From NCBI RefSeq assembly GCF_036365525.1, contig NC_090404.1, positions 27,302,149 to 27,366,148 of the forward strand: 64,000 bases of DNA. Reading direction: 5' to 3'. Numbering within the stretch: position 1 is the first letter of the stretch; each line of letters begins with the position of its first letter. Positions 13,200 through 25,711 of the stretch are shown one piece after another. A program made the position numbers and the translations under genes. This DNA comes from Heterodontus francisci (taxonomy: Eukaryota). A model generated the notes under the pieces. It saw nothing but the letters and a program-made list of their open reading frames with translations. It was not told the DNA's origin and did no database searches.

Positions 13200-13910
13200 A
13201 AGACACAAGTAGAGAGGTTTAGTGAGGTAGGTGTGCCTGATACTGTGTATATCGATTTCCAAAACGCATTCAATAAAGCACCATAAAATGGACGTGCTGC
13301 AAATTTAAAGCCCTTGGAATTAAAGAGACTGTAGAAGTATGGCTATAAAATTGGTCAACGGACAGATAGCACAAAGTGGATATGAATGTTTGTTTTTCAA
13401 ACTAGAACAAAGTTCACAGTGATCTTCTCTATGTGTTAGTATTGGAACCACTGCTCTCTTTCATGCATGTTAATGACATGGAAAGGCCATAATTTGAAAT
13501 GTTTATACAAAACTAGGAAATTTAGTGTCTGATGAGGAATACAGTAACATACTTTAGGTGAACATAGGCAGACTGGTGAAATGGTCAGACACATGGCAGA
13601 TTAAAGTTAGCACAGATAAATCCGAAATGGCATATTTTGCTAGGAAGAATGAGGAGACACATATAAAATAAACTGAATAATTTTAAAACGGAACTGAGAC
13701 ATCTGCAGTTCATGTATGCAAATCATTCAAGTTGAGCAGGACAAGTTGAGAAGAATGTCTAAAATCCGCAGCATCCTTACCTTTTTAAAAGGATGTTATA
13801 CTAAACAGTTATGAAATACTCTTTAGCATCATTTGGAATATTATGCTGAATTCTGGACATCACACTTTAAGAGACATGTCAAAGCCTTAGACAGCGTGTA
13901 GTTTGAGCCA
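13200..13910 (+). mobile_element. Old CR1 LINE RT fragment
   Basis: GATTTCCAAAACGCATTCAATAAAG (DFQNAFNK) and further degenerate RT sequence. Confidence 0.65.
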
Positions 13911-14469
13911 AATATGTTAACACTTTGGTTGCAACCTATTGTATTGAATCCATGTCTGATCACATCAAATTCATTAAATTATGTCTTATGCATGCGTTTA
14001 ATCCTTTCAAATACATTATATTGCATGCAAAAAATGTGCCTTAACCCACCAAATACCTTATATTGTGTATTAAAGGTGTCTCTGATCACTTCAAATAGTT
14101 TGAATTGCATTGCCAACCACGTATTATCATGTAAATAACTCGTGGCTGAATCTTTGAAATACATTCGCATGTATCTCGCACCCGTGCCTTATCACTTCAA
14201 AAATATGACATTGTAACTTAGACTAGCTCATGTCACTTAAATGCGCTCTATGGCATCAGAAACCCATATCAAAGTTTTGCAAACACATTATATCGTCACC
14301 GTATTATAGTTCTGCAAACGCATTCTATCGTCACTTAAATCCATGCTATGTCACTTCAAATGTATTCTAGCCATATGATATGGGTCTCAGGTAGAATATA
14401 ATGCACTTGAAATGATAAGATACGAATTTAAGATACAGTGTAATGCATTGGAATGATAAGATCTCACTT

Positions 14470-16450
14470 CAGCCTCCGTCCAAACATGGATCAAAGACCG
14501 GAATTCCAGTTGTGAGATGAGAGTAATTGCCTTTGACTGAGTGTGGCATCAACGATCCCTAGTAAAATTGAAGTCAATGGGAATCAGGGGAAAACTTTTC
14601 ATTGGCTGAATTCCTATCTAACGTAAAGGAAGATGGCTGGTCGTAGTCATTGGAGACCAGTCATCTCAGCCCCAGAACATCACTGTAGGAATTTCTCAGG
14701 ACTGTATCCTAGGCCAAATTAACTTCAGCTGATTCGTCGCTAACCCTCCCTCCATCGTAAGGTCAAAAGTATGGATGTTGCTGATGAGTGTGCAGTGTTT
14801 AGTTCCACAGTTCCTGAAATGTGGGTAGAGGCAGAAACACATATCGCATTTTTTATTAACTATTTGTATATACACTTGGCGTGCTGTAACCTACAGGGTT
14901 ACAGACCAATAGCTGGAACGTGGGATAAGGCTGGATATCTTTTTTTTTCGGCTGGAACAGACACAATGGATCGAATGGACTCCCTCTGTGCCATAAATTA
15001 TCTATGCTAGTATGGTTAAATTCCAATTCCCCAGATGATGAAAGAGTCCATGTCCACATGCAGTAAGATCTTGTCACGCTCAGAAATTATGAACTATATC
15101 ATGAACTTATGAAACAAATCCAAGCAGACTGGAGGCATGCAAAAGCAGCCTTCATTCAAACTGATTAATAAGGCGGTGCGTGAGTGAAGTGCAGCACATT
15201 CTGCAACAATTGGAGTGGAATCCGTTTTGGTTTTCATTCAGTTATTAGTTCAAAAGTGAGAATTCCATCTATTCCAGTGCAGAGGAAGGACCCCGCCTAA
15301 GATCACCATCTTTAAACTGCAGGTAGGTAGAGACCGGAGTTGGCCTTGAACTCCCTAACTAAGCAATCAAACAAGGCTTTCGCCATTGAATTGTGTCGAG
15401 GATATGACAGGAGATATCTGCTTTTATGCATACGTCCATCTGAACTTTTTGAGTTTCTTTTTTTTTTCTTCAGTGAACCAGAAAGAGAAAGAAAAACAGG
15501 CCTGCATCACTTCAAGTCTTCACTCTGGGGGTGGGGGAGGGGGGGGGGAAGCAAGTTTTACAGTGAATTATTTCCAAACTATCAGACATAAACGCATGTT
15601 ATCTTTTAATCACTATCTTTTCTTCTGTGAGTGCGTGTGTGAATGCGTGCCTGTGAGAGTGGGTGAAGTTGCGCATATTTTCAGATGTTGTATAATAAAC
15701 ATGTATCTTTCCTTTAAATTTACGAGAAAACCTGACGTTTGTCTATCTTTTGACACTGAAAACGCTCAGGGGTTAAAACAATTTTTTAAAAACACACTGC
15801 CTTCAGTAAGTTGAGAGGTGAAAAAGGGGTAAACATCCCTCCCATCCCTCACCAGTATGTAACAACCTGGATAACATCTACGCATTTGCTGATAAGTGGA
15901 AAGCAGCATTCGCACCACGCTAATGTGCCAGATATTGGCGTCTCCGACAGAAAGACTTGTACCGCCTCCTCATGACATTCAATGACATTGTCATCATCGA
16001 TTAGCCCGTCAACAACATCCTGGAATTCGCAAATCGACCAGAAACACAACTGGATCAGGAACACAAACACTGTGGCTACAATAGATGGTCAGAGGCTGGG
16101 GATTCTGCAATGCGTGATTCACCTTCTGAATCCCCCAAGTCTGCCCACCATCGAGAAGGCACGAATCAGGAGGGTGATGGAATGCCTCCACTCACCTGCA
16201 TGGGTGCACCTCCAAGAACCGTCAAGAAGCTTGACAACTTCTTACACAAAGCAGCCAGATTGATTGAACATCCACCAACTTAAACAGCCAACGGTGCAAT
16301 GTGGCTGCAGTGTGCACCATCTACAGATGCACAACAACAACTTTAACAGCATTTCCAAACCCGTGACCTCTACCATCTGGAAGGACAAGGGCAGTAGTTG
16401 GATGGGAACACCATCAATTCCAAGTTTCCCTCCAGGTCACATATCCTATT
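14470..16450 (+). mobile_element. CR1/Crack-like LINE fragment split by a solo LTR
   Basis: Homologous to 48550-50016 (TTTGACTGAGTGTGGCATCAA, GCTGATGA RT motif). The sequence resumes after 15864. Confidence 0.65.
15072..15864 (+). mobile_element. Solo LTR, 793 bp
   Basis: Termini TGTCAC...GTAACA, near-matching 4-bp target-site duplication (ATCT/ACCT), AATAAA at 15694-15699. It cleanly interrupts the LINE motif CATGCAGcAAGACCTGGAcAACATC. Confidence 0.7.
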
Positions 16451-16454
16451 CTAC

Positions 16455-17680
16455 ATTTAACTTGACCTTCTAGCCATAATGTATATCCTACACCACTCAT
16501 AGACTGGTTTTAGACAAACAGAATTCTTAGCCTATACCACTCAAGCACTCATTGTATACAACAACAATATTGATCCTATCCAACACATAAGCTGATCTTA
16601 TACAATCACAATACCGTCCACATATCCAGAAACTAGCCATAAAATGAAAATGCTGAACCCGTGTCACTCATAAATTGACATACCATCAGAATATCTATAG
16701 ACTATCAATCATAAACTGATCTTATATAATTACAATACTGATCATATAAGCACCCATAAAAAAGACCAGGGCTGATCGCATGCCAGCACAAATTGGTCTA
16801 ATGGATGACAGTACTGAGCCAAAGTCAACTTGGGACGGCACCGTAGCACAGTGTTTAGCACCACAGCCTCACAGCTCCAGTGACCCGGGTTCAGTTCTGG
16901 GTACTGCCTGTGCAGAGTTTGCAAGTTCTCCCTGTGACTGCGTGGGTTTTCGCCAGGTGCTACGGTTTCCTCCCACAGCCAAAGACTTGCAGGTTGATAG
17001 GTAAATTGGCCATTATAAATTGCCCCTAGTGTAGGTAGGGGAATTGAGGAAAGGTGGGGATGTGAGAGGGTAATAGGCTTAGTATAAATGGGTGGTTGAT
17101 GGTCGGCACAGACTCGGTGGGCCGAAGGGCCTGTTTCAGTGCTGTATCTCTAAATAAAATATTAAATGAACAGATCATCACATCAGAATACTGATCCTAT
17201 GCCAACAGTACATTAATCGTATACAACCACAATACTGATCGCTTACAACTCATAAACTAACTCACACCCACAATAGAAATCCGATATCACGCATGTACTG
17301 TCCTTAGATAAGCACAGTTCTTATGATATACCAGTCAAATATTGTTTGGATGCAAAAATAGTATTGATCTGATACAACCCATACAATGACTTGATATAAT
17401 TACAATACAGATCCTACACAGTGCATAAAATGCAACACAAACAGAAAATGCTAGAAATACTCAGCAAGTCAGGCAACATCTGTAGAGAGAAAAACAACTA
17501 ATATTACAGATCTGTGATCTTTCATTGGTGCATATACTGACTTTATACCGTCACAATGCTGAGACTATACCAGCATGCCCGAAATACTGAAACCATACCA
17601 CCCAAAAAATTGAACAGGTATCTACATTACTGATCCTGTACCACCCATAAACTGATCTGAGACAACAACAATAATCATTG
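16455..17680 (+). repeat. Second degenerate 20-21-bp tandem array (ACTGATCCTATA-like), interrupted by a SINE
   Basis: CTGATCCTAT/CTGATCTTAT...CACAATA recurs; same family as 8538-9170. Confidence 0.6.
16831..17160 (+). mobile_element. HE1-type SINE, full length
   Basis: Matches 1920-2270. Confidence 0.9.
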
Positions 17681-17860
17681 TTGCCAATCAAATAATAATG
17701 GCCAATGGTTCCCAAGAAATAATAGTCAACACTGAGGTTGGGATGTAGTTATTAATCTGTGCCTTTGATTTGGTTGTTCACTTTGTTTGGCTGTCCCACC
17801 CTTTCCAACACTGCACCTATCAGCTGCTAGGATATGCTCGGTAGATTAAACTGAGAGTTG

Positions 17861-17913
17861 TGATTTGCATGTTTCATTTTCATGTAAAGGCAAATGCGGT
17901 AGTTTGATATAAT
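17861..17913 (+). promoter_or_regulatory. Putative V1 promoter: octamer/decamer plus TATA
   Basis: TGATTTGCAT at 17861-17870 and TATAAT at 17908-17913, upstream of the candidate leader ATG at 17981. Confidence 0.5.
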
Positions 17914-17980
17914 TAAATTCTTGCATTGCAGTGCATACTTCCGTAGAGGAAAGAACTTGCACACAGAATAAAACACGAAC

Positions 17981-18062
17981 ATGGCTTCTGATTCCCAGTG
18001 TACCTTATGGACCACAACAGCACCCATCAAAGCGTTACTTTTCCTCACAACTGTTCTAACAA
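17981..18062 (+). CDS. Candidate leader exon of V1 (MASDSQCTLWTTTAPIKALLFLTTVLT)
   Basis: Hydrophobic C-terminal stretch and phase-1 donor AA|GTAGGT that matches the phase-1 acceptor at 18539. Confidence 0.55.
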
Positions 18063-18539
18063 GTAGGTAATTCATGAGATCGTAATAATTTGTTGGCTTA
18101 TTAATTTTATTGATATTTTCTTCTAATAATTTTTCTCTGTATTAATGACTTGCTGTTCTTCGGGCATTGCTCAGCAGTCAGTGACTGTCCGTAGACTATT
18201 TCAAACAGACTGACCACTGTCAATTCAGGAGATCCGGAGAGGAGCATTTTCCCACGAGAACGCAAGCCTGGGCTGATGGACACACACTTATTCTCACGCT
18301 CAGAGACAAATTACACCGTCCACAGCCTGGCATCAGCTGACTGAGGGGCCAAAGCTTTAACTTTGCCATTCTGTTTTACATTGGCAGTGCAGTTAATTGC
18401 TGAAATAGAGGGAACTATGTGTATATGAGTGTATGTGTCTGTGTTTGTATTTTGCAAATATCTGTTTCGCGGAAAGTATGAAAAAAAAACCTTTATTCCT
18501 AAATTTTCTGTTGAAACCTTCGTGTTACTTTGTTTCCAG

Positions 18540-18847
18540 ACCCCAGCCGGCAGGATGAACTTTCTCAAGTGCCCTCAGTAGTAACAGTGAGTGAAGGAGA
18601 TACTGTAGTGCTGTCCTGTAACTACCCCGCCACTTACACAGCCGCTAACCTATTCTGGTATGTACAGTACTCTGGAAAAGGCCTTCAGTATATGCTGGTC
18701 AGACATACTGCTGGGAATGAAGCGAACGCACCAGCCTTTACAGAGCGGTTTTCTGCTGTACAGGACAGAACGAACACAAATATCCCTTTAAACATTACAC
18801 ACACCCAGCTGTCTGACTCAGCCATGTATTACTGCGCCGCTATGTAG
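18540..18847 (+). CDS. TCR alpha/delta-type V segment exon (V1)
   Basis: Acceptor TTTCCAG|. V-set hallmarks: VVLSC, LFWYVQYSGKGLQY, RFS, LNIT, DSAMYYCA. Followed by a 23-RSS. Confidence 0.92.
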
Positions 18848-18886
18848 CACCACGTTCGAGGAACCCTTGACAGTGGTACAAAAACT
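18848..18886 (+). other. 23-RSS of V1
   Basis: CACCACG, 23-nt spacer, ACAAAAACT. Confidence 0.85.
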
Positions 18887-20504
18887 ACCAGTTCCAGATG
18901 CTGCTAGTTTTGTGACTTCTCTGCTTCAACAATTCACCACACATAAAGCCGATACAGTGGGCGGAGTTCACCGACTAATTGATGCAATGTGTTGTCAACA
19001 TTGGGACATCCTGAAATCACTAGAAAGGCACGATATAAACAAAACACCTTTCTTCATTTCAGTGTAGTTACTCTATAAGAAGTCATAATATTAAGGGAGC
19101 TCTTTTAAATCACCCCTTAATCTTTTTTGTTCCAGTTCCCTGGTCTGTCCACATATGTCCCTCATCCCTTGTATCATGCTTTGTCCCAATTGGCTACATA
19201 CCGTGAGTTCTGCACTGTGTGGGAGTGGACTCCTGTAACTCATTTGATGGACCACAAGCTTGAGGTCATTGTCCATCTCTGGGACTGTGCTGCTGGCGAT
19301 TGGGTTAACGACGGTGGTTGCACATAATGAAAGCCCTCGGATCACTATTCTGTATATAAATATTGATTTGTCAGTTAATAGCTCAAGTTGAAATTAAATA
19401 GTGTTTATACATAGTTATCTTCATCATTAATACAGAACTGAACGTCCTCTGGTGATCAGGATAACGAATAATAGTCGGCATTTCTTCAACAGGAGTTGAT
19501 ACCTCAGGTTAAGATTATTCAAATCGCTACTGTAAATTTGTATTAGAATTACTGATATAATTGACGTGCTGAGGGACATTCTGGTTCTCAGACTGGATCC
19601 CACTAAAGACCTGGTAAGAGCTACCTGTTGCAGACCTCACCACACCAATTGTCATCCTGGGGAAATGGTCTGCACAAATACTCCCTGATATCCATAAGTA
19701 ACCGTAATGTACACCAGAATATGCATTCAAACTCACAGTTCACTGTACCACCACAAACAGCGCTTTCCAATTCAACTACAATTAAAGTCCAGGGTTCATA
19801 AATAACACCAGGAAAGGACTTCTTTGTAACAGCTTAACTTTTGTGCCTCCACCTACTGGAGGGCATTTGGAACAAAGGGAATGTGCCGCCACTCTACACA
19901 GACTGAGAGATGGTCGGGACAAGAAAGAAAATTATTTCTGCCATAAATCTGATGCGTTATGATGAAAGGCCATCGATCTGAAACGTTAACTGCTTCTCTC
20001 CCCTCAGATCCTGCCGGAGCTGCGGAGTAGTTCTTGCACTTTTTTCCCCTCCTGCCATATACCAGCCTCACGGTGGCACCAAACCGCTTCATATTCCAAA
20101 TGCAGTGACTGCAGTATTTTGACTTCCTTGTTCAGTGTTTATCTTAAAAATATAGAAACATCTGTTGAATATCAGAGCTGCGACATGGGAAAATAGCAGC
20201 ACAAAGCAGTTTTACATCATCATTTCACATTAAGAACGGGTTTGTATAATGTTACAGCTTTGTCCTAACCATTTAAGGAACTTCGTCATTAGGGGTTATA
20301 GTGCTCTGGACAAAGTCTTGGCCTTCCTACACACGGGATGAATGTAATTGGTCAGTTTCACTTTGATCCATTGCAGTTCTTGCCTGCTTGGCTACCAAAG
20401 GAAAGCATAACACAGGAACATGGGAATAGAAGGAGGTCATTCATCCTCTCAAGCCTTTTCTGCCATTTAGTGAAAACCTGGAAGATCTGCATCCTTACTA
20501 CATA

Positions 20505-20590
20505 TAAAATGGGTGGTTGATGGTCGGCACAGACTCGGTGGGCCGAAGGGCCTGTTTCAGTGCTGTATCTCTAAACTAAACTAAACTAAA
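20505..20590 (+). mobile_element. HE1-type SINE 3' tail
   Basis: ATGGGTGGTTGATGGTCGGCACAGACTCGG...TATCTC followed by (TAAAC)n. Confidence 0.85.
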
Positions 20591-21579
20591 CACCCGGCCT
20601 GTCTCCATCCCCTGAAGAGCATTGACGAGCAAAACTCTATCGATCTCAGATTTGAAGTGATTCATTCAAGTCGTACCTGCTGCTTTTTGTGGGACTGAAT
20701 TCACATTTGTAGCTTCCACTGCGTGAAGAAATGTTTCGTATCTCCTGAAATAAAAAGGCTTTGTTTTCAAAATTATGTCCCCTTGTCGGAGACACCCTCA
20801 CCAGCGAAAAATATTTATTTTTAGTTAACTTATCAATTTCTTTCAAAATCTTACTACCACAAATAAAATTATATCTTAACTTTTTAAATATATATTCTAT
20901 CACATTCAAGCAGAGTTTATGCAACGTCTTGTCATAATTTAGCCTTGCGGCACTGTTAACATTCTGGCCTCTCTTTGCTGCGCTCCTCCCAAATTCAAAC
21001 TATTCTACCTAAGATGTGGTGCCCAGAACTATAAACAGTACACCAGATGTGGTGTAAGCAGGACTCTGTATGTCTTTGAAAAAAAACCTTGCTCTCCTTT
21101 ATAAAGAAGGAGAAGATAGACGTGCATTATGTAGCGCCTTTCACAACCTTGGTGTTTCTCTAAAGCACTTTACAGAAGCATAAACACTGTTGTAATGTAG
21201 GATATTGTCATAATATTCTAACCTTCTCGATAGAAATACTAAAACGTCATTAGTGGGTTTTTGTTTTTTAATTACGTTTTTTTAACTGCCCACTTTATTT
21301 TTAAAAAATATTTTTACGTACATGAACCTCCACATGTCTTTGGGTCTCCACTGTTCCTAGCTGTTCACCATTTACAACTACTCGAATCTATCCATTTTTC
21401 TCAAACATTGATGGACCCAAACATACCTGCTTTGAAATCGATTCCCCCAAATAATTAATCTATCACTGTCCCTTGGTAATGTTATGCTCATGTCTATATT
21501 ACTCACTGTGGCAGCAATGTTTGTCATCGGGAAACCTGGACAGCTGACTCTCTATTGTGTTATTTAAGTCATTTTTATT

Positions 21580-23005
21580 TTTCGTTCATGGGATGTGAAC
21601 GTCGCTGGTAAGGGCCATCGCTAAATGCCCTTGAAAGGTTGTGTAGTGAGCTCCCTTATTGAACCACCTTAGTCCATGTGGTGTGGGTGCACCCACAGTG
21701 CTGTTATGAAGGGAGTTCCAGGTATTTGACCCAGTGACAATGAAGGAATGGCGATATAGTTCAAGTCAGGATGATGTATGGCTTGGAGGGAAACTTGCTG
21801 ATCATGGCATTCCCATGCATCTGCTGACTTTGTCCTTTTGGGTGGTAGAGATCGCAGGTTTTGATGGTTCTGTCGAAAGACCGTTGGTGAGTTGCTGCAG
21901 TGCATCTTGTAGATTGTACACACTGCTGCCATTGTGCGTCGGTGGTGAAGGGAGTGAAGGTTGAAGGTGGTGAATGGGGTGCCAGTGAAGCGGGCTGCTT
22001 TGTCCTAGATTGTGTCGAGCTTCTTGAGTGTTGTTGGAGCTGCACCCATCCAGGCAAGTGGAGAGTATTCCATCACACTCCTGACCTGTGGCTTGTAGTT
22101 GTGGGCAGGATTTGGGGTGGCAGGAAATAAGTGACTCGCTGCAAAATTCTCAGCCTCTGGCCTGCTCTTGTAGCCACGGTATTTATATGGCTGGTCTAGT
22201 TAAACCTCTGGTCAGTGGTAACTCCAGGATGTTGTTGATGGTGGGAAATTTAGGAATTGGAATGCCATTGAACATCAAGAGGAGATGTTTATATTCAGTT
22301 TTGTTGGAGATGGTCATTGCCTGGCTCTTGTATGGCATGAATCTTACTTGCGACATATGAGCCCAAGCCTGAATGTTGTCCAGGCCTGCATGCAGGCACG
22401 ATTGCTTCAGTATTTGAGGAGTTGCGAATGTTACTGAACACTGTGCAATCATCAGCAAAAGTCTCCACGTTTGACCTTATGGTGGAGGGATGGTCATTGA
22501 TGAAGCAGCTGAAGACAGTTGGGTCGAAGAAGCTACCCTGAGGAAATCTGCAGCGATGTCCTGGGGATGAGTAGATTGGCCTCTAACACTACAACCATCT
22601 TCCTTTATGCGAGATATAACTCCAACCAATGCAGAGTTTTCCTCTGATTCCCATTGACTTCAATCCTGCTAGGGAACCTTAATGCCGCATTTGGTGAAAT
22701 AGTGCCTTGATGTCAACGATAGTAACTTATATCTCAACTCTGCAATTCATCTCCTTTTCCCATGTTTTGAACAAGGCTGTAATGAGGTCTGGAGCCGAGT
22801 GCCTCTGGTCGAACCCAAACTGAGCATCGGTGAGCAGATTATGGCTGAGCAAATGCATGATCTCACTGACAATGACACCATCTATAAACTTGCTGAGAAT
22901 AGACTGATGGGACGGAATTGGAAAGATCGTATTTGCCTCGCTTTTTGAGGGCAGGGCATACCTGGAGATTTTTTCCACATTGTCGTGTAGATGCCAGTAT
23001 TCAAG
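21580..23005 (-). mobile_element. CR1/Crack-like LINE 3' portion
   Basis: ORF fragments HLLSHNLLTDAQFGF, LDNIQAW, KSQAMTISNK. Same family as 48550-50016. Confidence 0.75.
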
Positions 23006-25547
23006 CTTTATTCATAAATATAGTGAATAGTTGAGGCTTCAGAACATATTAAATACCCATTTTCCCACCCTCTGTTTTCTAATCCCCTATCTCCTAGCCA
23101 GGTTTATAATTATATGTTTTCAATCCCACGAGCTTTAATTTCACCTAACAATCTCTACTGTGGAAAGCTATCGAATAAATAAATATAAATAAATATAAAC
23201 TATGCACACAGATATTCCCCAGTCTGCTACTTTAGTTATGCCCTTAGAAAAGGTTAATTAAGTTCACTAGACATGACTGACCCCTTACAATCCAAATTAG
23301 CTCCACATACACAGCACACATCTCGCTCTGTACTTAATCCCTCCATACTTAGATTTCAATATCTTCCGCATAACAGATGTTACATTAACATTTCTATAAT
23401 TTTCTGGTTTCTCTCTCATATTTTTACATAATATAGTTACATCTCCGATTTTACAATCTAAAGCAACAATTCTGAACCAAGAAAGATTGAAAAGTCATGG
23501 CTAAAGCATGTGCAATTGCTTCACCTACTTCCATTAAACCAATGTGTTGGAAATGATCAGATCTTGGTGATTTGCCAGTCTTTCGTATCATTATTTTTCG
23601 AATATTATTTTCATGCTTACGGTAACTTTAGTGAGTTTGAATCCTTGATGCAATACTAATTTCCCGAGAATGTTGGTTATTTTATCCTCTTCCTCAGTTA
23701 TGAAGACTGACACAAATTAATTTTTTAACAAGTTTTCCATTTCCGCATTTGTGACATTAACTGTATCTGCTTTTAAACGTCCCACAATAACCTGACTACA
23801 CTTTTTTCTTCTATTACAATTGTAAAATGTTTTGTATTTTCGTGTTCCCTTTTTGCAGCTGTTCCTACGTTTTGCCTCTTTCTATTGCAGTTGTTTTATA
23901 TTTCTGCAGTCGCTTGGATCTACATTATTCTTCACACTTTTGTTTGCTCTTTCCTTTAGTTTTATGTTATCCGTCATCTCTTTTGTCAATCATTGCTGTT
24001 TTATTTGATAAGTGGAGCTTTTGACCCTTTGGGATATATACTGGCCCTATGATAAGGTGAAGTTTTGAACTCCTCCCACAGTTCACCTTTAGTTTTACCC
24101 CATAATAGTTTTACCCCATATAGTTTTGACCAGTTTGCTGTCATCAGTCTCTGTCTTATCCCGTTAATTTAGTCTCAGCAATATCTAAAATCTTGCTAAC
24201 TGTGTTAAGTTTCTCCTTTTCAAACATTGAATTCTTCGAATTATGAATGTATTCTTCGTGTTAGAATAATAACTAAATCTGGTCCATTACTCCTTACTAA
24301 ATTTAATATGGCCTGCCCTTTTGTTGATTGCAGAATACATTGCTCCAAAAAGCACTTAAGAAATTCATTACCTTTCTAACTTCAGCGACTGTACTCTTTC
24401 CAATCTGTATGAACATTAAGGTCAGGCCATTAAGACAATTCTGCTTTTACTGCATACCCAATCTGTGAATTTATACATTCTGCAACTTAATTGCTGCTGT
24501 GAGGTCTAGAGACAACTCTCATTACTGTTTTACTCCAGTCTTATTCTTCAATTCTAACCACACAGACTATGCTGATCGCTTTCCTCCACCTATATGCTCT
24601 CTTACAGATGTTATAATAGTATCTTTAATCAAAATAGGCTAATAGGAGGTCATTCCCTAACATAAAAATCCAGTGAACTAAAGCAAATAGCTGTGATACC
24701 TACACTTGGAGATGCATTGATACAGCTTCTGCATTGCATCTTAGAGCCGCAGAGGTTTGCAGAGCTGAAGTCGGTCATTTCGCCATCAGAACTGAAAGAG
24801 ACCACTTGGCCCAGTATGTTTTCACCAGGCTTTTGCTGCAATAATCTAAATTAAGTCAAACCAATCTACTCTCTCCTTGTACCTGTATTCTCTGGTCAAA
24901 AGGTTACAGATTTGAAAAAAAGAGAAAGAGTCCCTTTATGACAGAGGTGCCCATCTTTTAGTAACTTTCTGCATCAAGAAATCTCTTTAATAATTATCTG
25001 TATACATATAACTCTAACAACTATTCGCATTAATATATTTTCCCAACATTCTATCTCCGAATTCTTAGTCACAATTTTAAATGAAGCACTGCTTGTCAGT
25101 AAATCTATTAAAGAAAAAGCAAATGATTCTGTGTTCCTGACAGGAAAACTTTCACAGTTGTAATACCTGTCAGTTAAAGGACTTTATCCTATTCCACCAC
25201 TATGTGTTATTGCCCCAATATCTGAAGATATAATGACAAAAGTTTAAAACATCCCTGAGATTCCTGGACCAGCTAAAATAATTCCTGGATACTGGGGGTG
25301 AGACTCTCTAGATTTTCAGACCTATTTTTCAGTGACGAGTGCGTGATTAGCAGGTTCTGGTCTCATTGTGTGGACATAAGATGTTAACATGAAAAGAAAA
25401 CTTACAACAAATGAAGATTTCATCTGATCCCCCGGTCTAATGGTCCACTATGAAGTTTTAACTGAAATCCTGTTCCAACAGTTGTATTTTAATTGTTACA
25501 TTGCACTAACTGTGATTCTGCCTGAGAGTGGCCTTACAAACGATAGT

Positions 25548-25711
25548 AGCTTTAACAGTGACTTTATAACTGATGGCAGCTTTAACAGTGACTTTATAAC
25601 TGATAGCAGCTTTAACAGTGACTTTATAACTGATGGCAGCTTTGACAGCGACTTTATAACTGATGGCAGCTTTTACAGTGACCGTGTAACTGATAGCCGG
25701 CTCTGACAGTG
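25548..25711. repeat. 30-bp minisatellite, about 5.5 copies
   Basis: Unit AGCTTTAACAGTGACTTTATAACTGATGGC. Confidence 0.95.

Noticed and set aside
18433-18475. Alternative V1 leader MCLCLYFANICFAE with a phase-1 GTATGA donor
   Set aside because: It gives only a 64-nt intron, is a weak signal peptide and overlaps TG-rich low-complexity sequence. Less likely than 17981-18062, but not excluded.
21256-21285. GGTTTTTGT nonamer as a J/D RSS
   Set aside because: No CACTGTG-like heptamer at 12 or 23 nt. No D or J segments were found in the window.
24650-24841. Minus-strand ORF starting QQKPGE, resembling Ig framework 2
   Set aside because: No preceding Trp, no YYC motif and no RSS.
25548-25711. CRISPR-like array
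   Set aside because: The repeats are contiguous with no unique spacers, and the DNA is vertebrate.
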